From an uncultured bacterium (GTDB lineage Bacteria; Krumholzibacteriota; Krumholzibacteriia; LZORAL124-64-63), in assembly GCA_963727525.1 (NCBI GenBank), contig CAVSGO010000007.1, forward strand, positions 2,240,001 through 2,304,000: a stretch of DNA of 64,000 bases, written 5' to 3'. Below, in pieces: positions 1 to 8,378 of the stretch. A program made the translations under genes and the position numbers. How positions within the stretch are numbered: position 1 is the stretch's first letter; each line of letters opens with the position of its first letter. The notes beneath the pieces were generated by a model. The model was given only the letters and a program-made list of their open reading frames with translations, did not search any database and was not told the origin of the DNA.

Positions 1-38
1 ACCTGGACCCCGCGGCATTTCCCGCAGGAGGAAACGGA

Positions 39-602
39 ATGAAGAAGCTCGTCGTCTCTTGTGTCGCCATGGCCCTGATCACAGGACTGGTCGCCGTCGC
101 CATGGCGGGCGAGCCCGCCCCGGCCAAGGTGAAGACCCTGGCCGAGGCCACCCTCGTGGCCTATGGCTCCGATCCGGTCATCGTGGCCGCCGTGAAGGCC
201 GCCAACGCCGAGGGAAAGACGCTCGATCAGATCAAGGCCGCCGACGACCACTGGCAGAACACCCCCGGCATCGACGACGCCATGCAGGCCTTCATGGACA
301 ACCCCTGCGCCACGATGCTGCGCAAGCTACAGGATACGACACCATACCTCGCCGAGTGCTTCGTGATGGACAACCAGGGCGCCAACGTGGCCATGACCGA
401 CAAGACGTCGGACTACTGGCAGGGCGACGAGGCGAAGTGGCAGGAGTCGTACAAGGGGGGCGCGGGTGCCGTACATATCGGCGACGTGAAGTTCGACGAC
501 AGCACTCAGGCCTATCTCGTGCAGGTCTCCGTCCCCGTGATGGATGGCGGCAAGGCGATCGGCGCGATCACTTTCGGCATCGATGTGGATCACGTCGACT
601 GA
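39..602 (+). CDS. Secreted stand-alone PDC/Cache-like sensor domain protein
   Basis: RBS GGAGG before ATG; signal peptide MKKLVVSCVAMALITGLVAVAMA; motifs FVMDNQGANVAMTDKTSDYWQGDEAKW and QVSVPVMDGGKAIGAITFGID are typical of PDC sensor domains. Confidence 0.75.
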   Translation: MKKLVVSCVAMALITGLVAVAMAGEPAPAKVKTLAEATLVAYGSDPVIVAAVKAANAEGKTLDQIKAADDHWQNTPGIDDAMQAFMDNPCATMLRKLQDTTPYLAECFVMDNQGANVAMTDKTSDYWQGDEAKWQESYKGGAGAVHIGDVKFDDSTQAYLVQVSVPVMDGGKAIGAITFGIDVDHVD

Positions 603-664
603 GAACGGTTGCGAGGGCCGGCCGCGGCCGGCTCTCACTCACCCACATAGTCAGGTAGGTCGTC

Positions 665-2287
665 ATGAACTGGTTTCGCCAGCTCCGCGTCGGTGGTCGA
701 CTCGTTTTCGGCTTCGCGGCGATGACGGTGTTCGTCATCGCCGTCGGCGTGCAGAGCTATACGAGCTCTCGCCGCGTCAACCGCAATCTCGGCGAGATCG
801 TCGACGTGGCCATGCCCAGCCTTCAGACGCTGATCGAGACCGATCGCGACCTGCAGCAGTTGCTCGTGGCCGAGCGCTCGATGATCTTCGCGAATGCGAG
901 TTCCGACGAGTTCAAACAGCTCGTGGCGGCCTACGAGGAGAACCTCGAGCAGGCGCAGACGCGCTGGAAACGCTACAAGGAGCTGGCGACCGACGACGCC
1001 GAACTGGCCCTCCTTCCCGGGTACGATGCAGCCTTTGCCGCCTGGGCGCCCGTGTCGCGCCGCGTGGTCGACGGACGCATCGCCGATACGCGCGAGGGCC
1101 GTCGCGAGGCTCTCGATCTCTCGCTCGGCGAGGCGGCCACGGCCTTCGATACCATGCGTGGCTACCTAGACCAGCTCACCGGGATCACCGTCGAGGTCGC
1201 CGATTCCAACCATCACCATTCCGAGGTGATCTTCGCGCGCAACCGCAATGTCCAGGTCGGCCTCACGCTCCTGAGCGTCGTCGCCAGCATCGGCCTGACA
1301 TGGCTGATCCGTCGGTCGATCACCGGCCCGCTCGGCTCGCTGATCCACGGCCTCACGACCTCGGCGTCCCAGCTCAATGCCGCATCGGGCCAGGTTGCCA
1401 GCGCGAGCCAGCTCCTGGCCGAGGGATCGTCGGAACAGGCAGCTGCCATCGAGCAGACCTCCGCCTCACTCGAGGAGTTGGCCGCCACGACCCGGCAGAA
1501 CTCCGACAGCGCCGGCGGTGCCGACGAACTGATGAAGACGACCAACACCGTCGTTCAGCGCGCAAACTCCGAGATGCAGCAGCTCGACACGTCGATGCAG
1601 GAAATCACCAAGGCGAGCATCGAAACGCAGAAAATCGTCAAGACCATCGACGAGATCGCCTTCCAGACGAACCTGCTGGCCCTCAATGCCGCGGTCGAGG
1701 CCGCGCGTGCCGGCGAGGCGGGGGCCGGGTTCGCCGTGGTGGCCGAGGAGGTGCGCAGCCTGGCGATGCGCGCCGCCGAAGCGTCGCGCAACACAGCCGC
1801 CCTCATCGAAGGTACGGTGTCGCGGGTCCGTGCCGGCAGCGATCTGGTGTCGCGGTCCAGTGCCGCCTTTGCCGACGTGTCCGAGAACGCGGCTCGCGTC
1901 GGAGAGCTGATCACCAGCATCGCCGCCGCATCGCGGGAACAGTCGCAGGGCATCGGCCAGGTGACGTCGGCCGTGGTCGACATGGACAAGGTCACACAAT
2001 CGAACGCTGCCAATGCTGAGGAATCGGCCAGCGCAGCCGAGGAGATGGCGGCCCAGGCTGGGCAGATGACGGTTTACGTGGCCGACCTCGAGAACATTGT
2101 GGGCAAGCACGCCGTCACCCGCGCCACTCCGCGGAGAGCCGCTACGCAGCCGGTGCACGCGCCGGCGCCGACGCCACCGCGGGCCGCCGTTGCGCTACGG
2201 CGACGCCCGGCCGCGCAGACCGTGCTTCCGCTGGAGGGCGACGATTTCCTCGACGGCGCACTCGAACATGAAATAACATTGTCTTGA
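665..2287 (+). CDS. Methyl-accepting chemotaxis protein with four-helix-bundle periplasmic domain
   Basis: Two TM segments flank a helical periplasmic domain; MCP signature [40 protein letters not shown]. Confidence 0.95.
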   Translation: MNWFRQLRVGGRLVFGFAAMTVFVIAVGVQSYTSSRRVNRNLGEIVDVAMPSLQTLIETDRDLQQLLVAERSMIFANASSDEFKQLVAAYEENLEQAQTRWKRYKELATDDAELALLPGYDAAFAAWAPVSRRVVDGRIADTREGRREALDLSLGEAATAFDTMRGYLDQLTGITVEVADSNHHHSEVIFARNRNVQVGLTLLSVVASIGLTWLIRRSITGPLGSLIHGLTTSASQLNAASGQVASASQLLAEGSSEQAAAIEQTSASLEELAATTRQNSDSAGGADELMKTTNTVVQRANSEMQQLDTSMQEITKASIETQKIVKTIDEIAFQTNLLALNAAVEAARAGEAGAGFAVVAEEVRSLAMRAAEASRNTAALIEGTVSRVRAGSDLVSRSSAAFADVSENAARVGELITSIAAASREQSQGIGQVTSAVVDMDKVTQSNAANAEESASAAEEMAAQAGQMTVYVADLENIVGKHAVTRATPRRAATQPVHAPAPTPPRAAVALRRRPAAQTVLPLEGDDFLDGALEHEITLS

Positions 2288-2351
2288 CGGGCCTGACATA
2301 CCATCATGGAACTCGATACGACTTCGTCCCGTGACAAAGGAGTCGAGAAAC

Positions 2352-2900
2352 ATGCGTATGCTCAGGACTCCCGGCCCCGGCGGCCTGGCGATCGTCCTCG
2401 CCATCGCCGTGATCCTGCTGACCGGCGCGCAGGCTATGGCCTATTCCAGCTACTTCGCGGCCCGCTGCGCCTCGTGCCATGGTGACGATTCCACGTCCTG
2501 CGTGGGTTGCCACCACCATTCCGGTCCCCTGTCAGCCCAGACCGACGACGTGGAGTACGCTCCGAACGACCAGGTCACCGTCACCCTCCAGGGCGGGACC
2601 CGCGGCGGCTGGGTTCGCGGCCTCTTGTTCGACGAGAACGACACCGAGATCGACCGCGCGTCCGGTCCCACGGGTACCGGCGACGACGGTCTGCCGAATC
2701 CCATCACATATCCCGTCACGCTGTCGGCCTTGGCGCCGGCCGCTGAGGGCACGTACACCTGGCACGCAGCCTGGTTCGGCAGTGCCGACGCCGGCGGCGG
2801 CACGCATGAGACCGTACAGGTGCCCGTGACGGTGACGGTCGTCGACAACACGCCCGTCGAATCGTCCACCTGGGGCCAGATCAAGTCGATTTTCCGCTGA
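2352..2900 (+). CDS. Secreted protein with two CxxCH motifs, Reeler-like beta domain and C-terminal TWGQIKSIFR tail
   Basis: AAGGAG RBS at 2337-2342 favours ATG 2352; signal peptide ending AQAMA; CASCH and CVGCH; ends ESSTWGQIKSIFR. Confidence 0.7.
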   Translation: MRMLRTPGPGGLAIVLAIAVILLTGAQAMAYSSYFAARCASCHGDDSTSCVGCHHHSGPLSAQTDDVEYAPNDQVTVTLQGGTRGGWVRGLLFDENDTEIDRASGPTGTGDDGLPNPITYPVTLSALAPAAEGTYTWHAAWFGSADAGGGTHETVQVPVTVTVVDNTPVESSTWGQIKSIFR

Positions 2901-2920
2901 TCGCGCGGCCATCCTTCATC

Positions 2921-2952
2921 GAGGGCCGTTTCCCGGCGGGGGAGCGGCCCTC
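2921..2952 (+). terminator. GC-rich hairpin, probable terminator
   Basis: GAGGGCCG...CGGCCCTC stem about 20 nt after the stop of 2352..2900; no clear U-tract. Confidence 0.45.
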
Positions 2953-3045
2953 ATCGCTCGTTCCCACCACGCTGGCCACCGTGCTGCCCTCGATTATGCT
3001 ATGATCTCCGCGGTTCACGCGAAACTCATGCGAAAGGGTCTTGCC

Positions 3046-4728
3046 ATGCTCCAGCCCCCTGCTCGCCGCCTCCTGGTGGCGCTGGTCGCCGTCGTGGCAT
3101 TTGCCGCGCTGGCACTGCCACCGCCGGCTGCGGCCATCGATTGCCCCACGCGGTCGCTGCCGCGCCCCACCGAGGACTACGCCGTCACAAAGGCACGGCT
3201 CGAGGCCGCCGGTCAGTGGCACAAGTCGAACGATCCCCTTCTCTCGCCCCCGCCCGACCCTCAGGTGGGCGACACCTGGCTCTGGTACGTGTGGGATCTC
3301 AGCGGCTTCCCCGTGGCCAACCTCAAGCCCGCCACGGTGCGCGGCATGGGCGACCACTGCTATGTCGTCGTGGACGACGACGAGTGGAACGTCGGCATGG
3401 ACCAGACCGACGTCGATCGCATCGTGTCCCACTTCGATCACGAGAGCCCCGGCATGTTCCCTGACCAGGGCATCTGGGATCTCGACACCGGCAACTTCGG
3501 CCAACCGCCCAACAACCTCGATGGCCTCGACCGCATCTTCCTCTTCTACTACCGCTTCAACATCTCGTCCGACGGGTTCTTCTGGGCGTACGACCAGTAT
3601 CCCGATGGCTCGCAGCCCTTCGCCAGCAACGAGTGCGACGTCATCTACATGGCCGTCGACAACGGGCAGCCGGCCGCCGACTACATGCTGGCCGTCACCG
3701 CCCACGAGTTCCAGCACATGATCCAGTTCAACACCGACGGGAACGAGGTCTCGTGGGTGGACGAGGGTCTCAGCGAGCTGGCCATGTGGCTCTTCGGCCA
3801 CCCCGATACCATCTCCGCCTTCAACACGCAGCCCGACAACAGCCTGCTCTCCTTCGGCGGCGCGTGGGCCGACTACATCAAGGTCTATCTCTGGTCGCTC
3901 TACGCCTACGAGCAGTTCGGTGGCCAGCCCTTCGTGTGGGACGTGGCGCACAACCCGCTCAACAGCATGGCAGGCTACCAGTCGAGCATCACCAACCAGG
4001 GCTACCCCGATCTCACGGAGGACGTGGTCGGCAACTGGGCGGCGGCCAACTATGCCGACGATCCGACAATTCCGAATGGACAGTACGGCTACGAGGGCGA
4101 CGACCTGCCGCCGTTCTCCGCCTTCCGCACGCACACCAGCTACCCCGTGGCCAGTTCGGGAAGCGTGCAGCCGACGGCGGCCGACTACATCCGCCTGCAG
4201 AATTTCAGCGGTCCGGTCACGGTGCGCTTCGACGGACTCGAACCGCGCCAGTTCCGCGTCACGCTCATCGCCACCGATCCGGCGCAGCCCACGCTGGTGC
4301 TGCCCATCCCCCTCGATGGCGTGCAGGCGGGCGAGGCCACCTTCACGGCCGCGGCGGGCTACCAGCAGATCACCATCGCCGTGGCCAACGTGTCGCAAAG
4401 CGGCACGGGCGCCTACCAGTACTGGGCGGAGGAGGTCTCCACCGATGTGCCGGCGACCGCCATGGTCACGCCCACGCTGGACAGCTACCCGAATCCGTTC
4501 AACCCGCGCACCACGTTCGCGTTCTCGTTGCCGCACGCGGCCGACGTGGGCCTGTCGGTGCTCGACGTGCGTGGTCACGAGGTGGCGCGCCTCACGCAGG
4601 GGCAGCTCGGCGCGGGCGACCACGTGATCCCCTGGCAAGGCGACGACATCGCGGCCGGCATCTACCTCGGTCGGTTGATGGTCGACGGCAAGGTGGTCAG
4701 CACGCGAAAGGTGACCGTGGTGAAATGA
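3046..4728 (+). CDS. Secreted zinc metallopeptidase (gluzincin, M30/hyicolysin-like) with C-terminal FlgD/T9SS-CTD-like domain
   Basis: Signal peptide; AHEFQH (HExxH) followed by WVDEGLSE; C-terminal SYPNPFNPRTTF...AAGIYLGRL...RKVTVVK. Start could be 3001 or 3046. Confidence 0.8.
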   Translation: MLQPPARRLLVALVAVVAFAALALPPPAAAIDCPTRSLPRPTEDYAVTKARLEAAGQWHKSNDPLLSPPPDPQVGDTWLWYVWDLSGFPVANLKPATVRGMGDHCYVVVDDDEWNVGMDQTDVDRIVSHFDHESPGMFPDQGIWDLDTGNFGQPPNNLDGLDRIFLFYYRFNISSDGFFWAYDQYPDGSQPFASNECDVIYMAVDNGQPAADYMLAVTAHEFQHMIQFNTDGNEVSWVDEGLSELAMWLFGHPDTISAFNTQPDNSLLSFGGAWADYIKVYLWSLYAYEQFGGQPFVWDVAHNPLNSMAGYQSSITNQGYPDLTEDVVGNWAAANYADDPTIPNGQYGYEGDDLPPFSAFRTHTSYPVASSGSVQPTAADYIRLQNFSGPVTVRFDGLEPRQFRVTLIATDPAQPTLVLPIPLDGVQAGEATFTAAAGYQQITIAVANVSQSGTGAYQYWAEEVSTDVPATAMVTPTLDSYPNPFNPRTTFAFSLPHAADVGLSVLDVRGHEVARLTQGQLGAGDHVIPWQGDDIAAGIYLGRLMVDGKVVSTRKVTVVK

Positions 4729-5438
4729 TGGATCTGCGCGTCGTCCCCGATCTCGAGGCGCTCGTATCTGCGGCCGCGGAGGTGATCTCCGCGGCCGCAG
4801 TGCAGGCGGTGCAGCAGAGCGGGCGTTTCGCTCTCGCGCTCTCGGGCGGCCATACGCCACAGCCGTTGCACCGCCTTCTCGCCACACCAGCCTGGCGGGA
4901 TCGCGTTCCCTGGGAACGCACGCGCGTGTTCTGGGGCGACGAGCGCTGCGTACCCTTCGACGACGACCGCAACAACGCCAGCCATGCCATCGACGATCTG
5001 CTCGCCCACGTGCCCGTGGGACAGGTGCACCGCATCGACACGGTGCGCGATCCGGCCGACGCGGCTGCGCGCTACGAGGAAACCCTTCGCGATACCCTCG
5101 GCGAGCCACCATGCCTCGACCTCGTGCTTCTCGGAATCGGGGACGATGGGCACACCGCCTCGCTGTTTCCCGGCTCCCCTCTCCTGGATGAGGATGCGCG
5201 CTGGGTGGCCACGGCACCGCCGCCGCGAGCGGACGAAGTGGCGCGCGTCACGCTCACGATCCCGGCCCTCGGCGCGGCCCGGCGCCTCGTCTTCCTGGTG
5301 AGTGGCGAGGTGAAGGCGGGGGTATTGCGCGCAGTGCAGGACGGAACGGACCTGCCGGCGGCGCGGGTGGCAAACGCCGCCCGCAGCACGCTCTGGCTGG
5401 CCGACGCCGCGGCGGCTAGTTGCTGTCGTCGTCGTTGA
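4725..5438 (+). CDS. pgl: 6-phosphogluconolactonase
   Basis: 3' part of ORF 3633..5438: [40 protein letters not shown] overlap with upstream stop. Confidence 0.92.
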   Translation: MMDLRVVPDLEALVSAAAEVISAAAVQAVQQSGRFALALSGGHTPQPLHRLLATPAWRDRVPWERTRVFWGDERCVPFDDDRNNASHAIDDLLAHVPVGQVHRIDTVRDPADAAARYEETLRDTLGEPPCLDLVLLGIGDDGHTASLFPGSPLLDEDARWVATAPPPRADEVARVTLTIPALGAARRLVFLVSGEVKAGVLRAVQDGTDLPAARVANAARSTLWLADAAAASCCRRR

Positions 5439-6924
5439 TGGCCGGGGGGATCCAGCTGCGGCCGTCGGTGGCGATGAGGCGCTCGGCTGCCTCGGGTCCC
5501 CACGACCCGGCTGCGTAATTCGGGAAATCCGGCGGCGGCAAGACGCCCCACTGATCGAGGATCGGCATTACCGCGGCCCAGGCCGCCTCCACCTGATCGG
5601 TGCGCTTGAAGAGCGTCGAATCGCCCTCGAGCACGTCGAGCAGCAGCGTCTCGTAGGCCTCCGGCGGATCGACCTGGAACGTCTCGCGATAGTTGAAACG
5701 CATATCCACCGGGCTGAGGTGCATCTGCAGACCAGGGCGCTTCGCCTGGAAGCGTAGCCGGATCCCTTCCTGCGGCTGGATCTGCAGCGTCAGCCGGTTC
5801 GGCTGCCACTCGGTCGCCACGTTGCTCGGGAAGATCTGGTGCGGCGCGGGTCGGAACTGCACCGTCACGGTGGACGCTTTGCCGGCCAGGCGCTTGCCGG
5901 TGCGCAGATAGAACGGCACGCCGCGCCAGCGCCAGTTGTCGACCTGCAGCTTCACCGCGGCAAAGGTCTCGGTGGTCGAATCGGGCGCCACGTCGGCCTC
6001 CTCGCGGTAGGCGGGCACGCGGGTGCCACGATACCACCCGGCGCCGTACTGCCCGCGCACGGCGATCTCGCGCACAGAATCCTCGTTGATGGGCCGGATC
6101 GCGTGCAGCACGTCCACCTTCTTGTTGCGGATCTCGTCGTCCTCGAAGTTCACCGGCGGTTCCATCGCCACCAGACTGAGTACCTGAAGCAGGTGGTTCT
6201 GGATCATGTCGCGCAGCGCGCCGGTGCCCTCGTAGTAGTTGCCGCGGTGTTCCACGCCCACCTTCTCGGCGATCGTGATCTGCACATGATCCACGTAGCG
6301 CTGGTTCCAGATCGGTTCGAAAAGCGCGTTGGCGAAGCGGAAAGCCAGGATGTTCTGCACCGTCTCCTTGCCGAGATAGTGGTCGATACGGTAGATCTGA
6401 TTCTCGTCGAAGTGTGTCGTGAGTTTATGATTCAGCTCCCGTGCCGACTCGAGGTCGTGGCCGAATGGCTTCTCCACGACGATACGCTCATGCGAACGCT
6501 CGCGGCACAGGCCACACGCGGCAAGCTGGTCGGCGACGATACCGATCACCGGCGGTGGCACGGCGAGGTAATAGGCCCGGGTCGCCGGCGCATCCCAGCC
6601 ACCCGCCACGTCCTCGATCCGCTTGGCGAGCGCCTCGTACACCGTCCTGTCCGCAAAGTCGCCACGCACATAGAAGACCGACTCTGCGAACGCGTCCCAG
6701 CCCTCGGTGTCGTCCGCGAACTTCTCCACGCCGTCGCGCAGGCGCTCCCGGTAGCTGTGTTCGTCCATGTCCGCTCGGTCCACGCCGATCACGGCGAACT
6801 GCGCCGGCAACCAGCCACCGCGGCGCAGCTCCATCAAGGCCGGTACGAGCTTGCGCCACGCGAGGTCGCCGCCAGCGCCGAACAGGATCATGATCGCGGG
6901 GCCCAGCTTGTCGTTCGTCTTCAC
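5416..6924 (-). CDS. zwf: Glucose-6-phosphate 1-dehydrogenase
   Basis: GTG 6924 after [53 protein letters not shown]. Confidence 0.96.
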   Translation of the reverse strand: MKTNDKLGPAIMILFGAGGDLAWRKLVPALMELRRGGWLPAQFAVIGVDRADMDEHSYRERLRDGVEKFADDTEGWDAFAESVFYVRGDFADRTVYEALAKRIEDVAGGWDAPATRAYYLAVPPPVIGIVADQLAACGLCRERSHERIVVEKPFGHDLESARELNHKLTTHFDENQIYRIDHYLGKETVQNILAFRFANALFEPIWNQRYVDHVQITIAEKVGVEHRGNYYEGTGALRDMIQNHLLQVLSLVAMEPPVNFEDDEIRNKKVDVLHAIRPINEDSVREIAVRGQYGAGWYRGTRVPAYREEADVAPDSTTETFAAVKLQVDNWRWRGVPFYLRTGKRLAGKASTVTVQFRPAPHQIFPSNVATEWQPNRLTLQIQPQEGIRLRFQAKRPGLQMHLSPVDMRFNYRETFQVDPPEAYETLLLDVLEGDSTLFKRTDQVEAAWAAVMPILDQWGVLPPPDFPNYAAGSWGPEAAERLIATDGRSWIPPAINDDDSN

Positions 6925-6953
6925 GCGCGCGGCCTCCTCGGGGCATTTCGTGA

Positions 6954-8366
6954 TCAGACATTCCAGTCGGTGTGATGGACACCATCGTCGTCGACGCGCC
7001 GATACGTGTGGGCGCCAAAGTCGTCGCGTTGGGCCTGAATGAGGTTCGACGGCAGCCGGGCGCTGCGGTAGGCGTCGAGGTAAGCCAGGCTTGCCGCGTG
7101 CGCGGGTGCGGCGATCCCGGCCCGCGCCGCGATCGCAACCACCGAGCGCAGCGACGACTCGCCGGCCACCACGAGCTTCGCCATAGCGGGATCGGCAAGC
7201 AGATGCGGCAGGTTGGTCCGGCGTGCGTAGGCCGCGCGGATATCCTCGAGCACGTGCGAGCGGATGATGCAGCCGCCGCGCCAGATGCGGGCGACGGTGG
7301 CGAGATCGAGCCCATACTGCCGCGCCGCCGAGCCCCGGTCCAGCAGCGCGAAACCCTGGGCGTAGCTGACGATGCCGGCCACCGCCAGCGCATCCCCGAG
7401 TGCCGCGATGGTCGCCGGCGAGGCCTCGTCGAGCCGTGTATCGGGGCGTCCCATCACCTCGCCCAGGATCTTGCGCACGGCGGTATCGCCGGACAGGTCG
7501 CGCATCGTCACAGCGACGTCGATCGTGGGCGTGGGCACCTGCTGCTGGAGCGCCTCCTGCGACGTCCACATGCCGGTACCTTTCTGGCCAGCGGCGTCGT
7601 CGATGACGTCGACCAGGCGGCCTCCCGTCCGCAGATCCGGTTGCCGGAAGATGTTCGCCGTGATATCGAGCAGGAAGCCGCCGAGGGGGCCGTCGGCCCA
7701 GCCGCCGAACGCCTCCGCCAGGGCGTCGTTGTCGAGGCCTAGTCCGCGGTGGAGCAGATCATACGTCTCGGCGATGAGCTGCATGATGCCGTACTCGATG
7801 CCGTTGTGCACCATCTTCACGTAGTGGCCCGCCGATCCGGGGCCGAGGTGTGCCACGCAGGCGACCTCATCCACCTTGGCAGCCGCGTCGCGCAGCATGG
7901 GTTCGACGATGGTGTACGCCGCTGCCGGCCCTCCCGGCATCAGGCTGGGCCCGTGGCGCGCACCCTCGGCCCCCCCGGACACTCCCACGCCGAGGTACCC
8001 CAGCTCCTTCAGCGCAAGGGCCGCGGCGCGTCGGTCCGTGTCCGTGAAATGGGAGTTGCCGCCGTCGATGACCACGTCGCTCGGCGACAGCATGGGTACC
8101 AGCTCCTCGAGCACCTGGTCGACGATCCGGCCGGCCGGCACGAGGAGCATCACCACACGCGGCCGCGCGAGCTGCGCGACCATCTCCGCCAGGTGCGTGC
8201 TGGCCACGATGCCGCGCCCGGCCGATTCGCGTTGCAGCGCGTCGACCTTGCTGGCGTCGCGGTCGCAACCGGCCACGCCATGGCCGTGGTCCGCGAGGTT
8301 GAGCAGAAAGTTGCGCCCCATCGTGCCCAGACCCACCATGCCAATGGCACTGCGTCGATCGCTCAC
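6954..8366 (-). CDS. gndA: NADP-dependent 6-phosphogluconate dehydrogenase
   Basis: [54 protein letters not shown]. Confidence 0.96.
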   Translation of the reverse strand: MSDRRSAIGMVGLGTMGRNFLLNLADHGHGVAGCDRDASKVDALQRESAGRGIVASTHLAEMVAQLARPRVVMLLVPAGRIVDQVLEELVPMLSPSDVVIDGGNSHFTDTDRRAAALALKELGYLGVGVSGGAEGARHGPSLMPGGPAAAYTIVEPMLRDAAAKVDEVACVAHLGPGSAGHYVKMVHNGIEYGIMQLIAETYDLLHRGLGLDNDALAEAFGGWADGPLGGFLLDITANIFRQPDLRTGGRLVDVIDDAAGQKGTGMWTSQEALQQQVPTPTIDVAVTMRDLSGDTAVRKILGEVMGRPDTRLDEASPATIAALGDALAVAGIVSYAQGFALLDRGSAARQYGLDLATVARIWRGGCIIRSHVLEDIRAAYARRTNLPHLLADPAMAKLVVAGESSLRSVVAIAARAGIAAPAHAASLAYLDAYRSARLPSNLIQAQRDDFGAHTYRRVDDDGVHHTDWNV

Positions 8367-8378
8367 GTCGATTGCCTC

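Noticed and set aside
5416-7569. Extended N-termini given by the ORF track (zwf, also pgl, rpiB, pssD, the 14801 gene and the kinases)
   Set aside because: Extensions overlap neighbouring genes or lack homology; starts were trimmed to RBS-supported or more plausible codons
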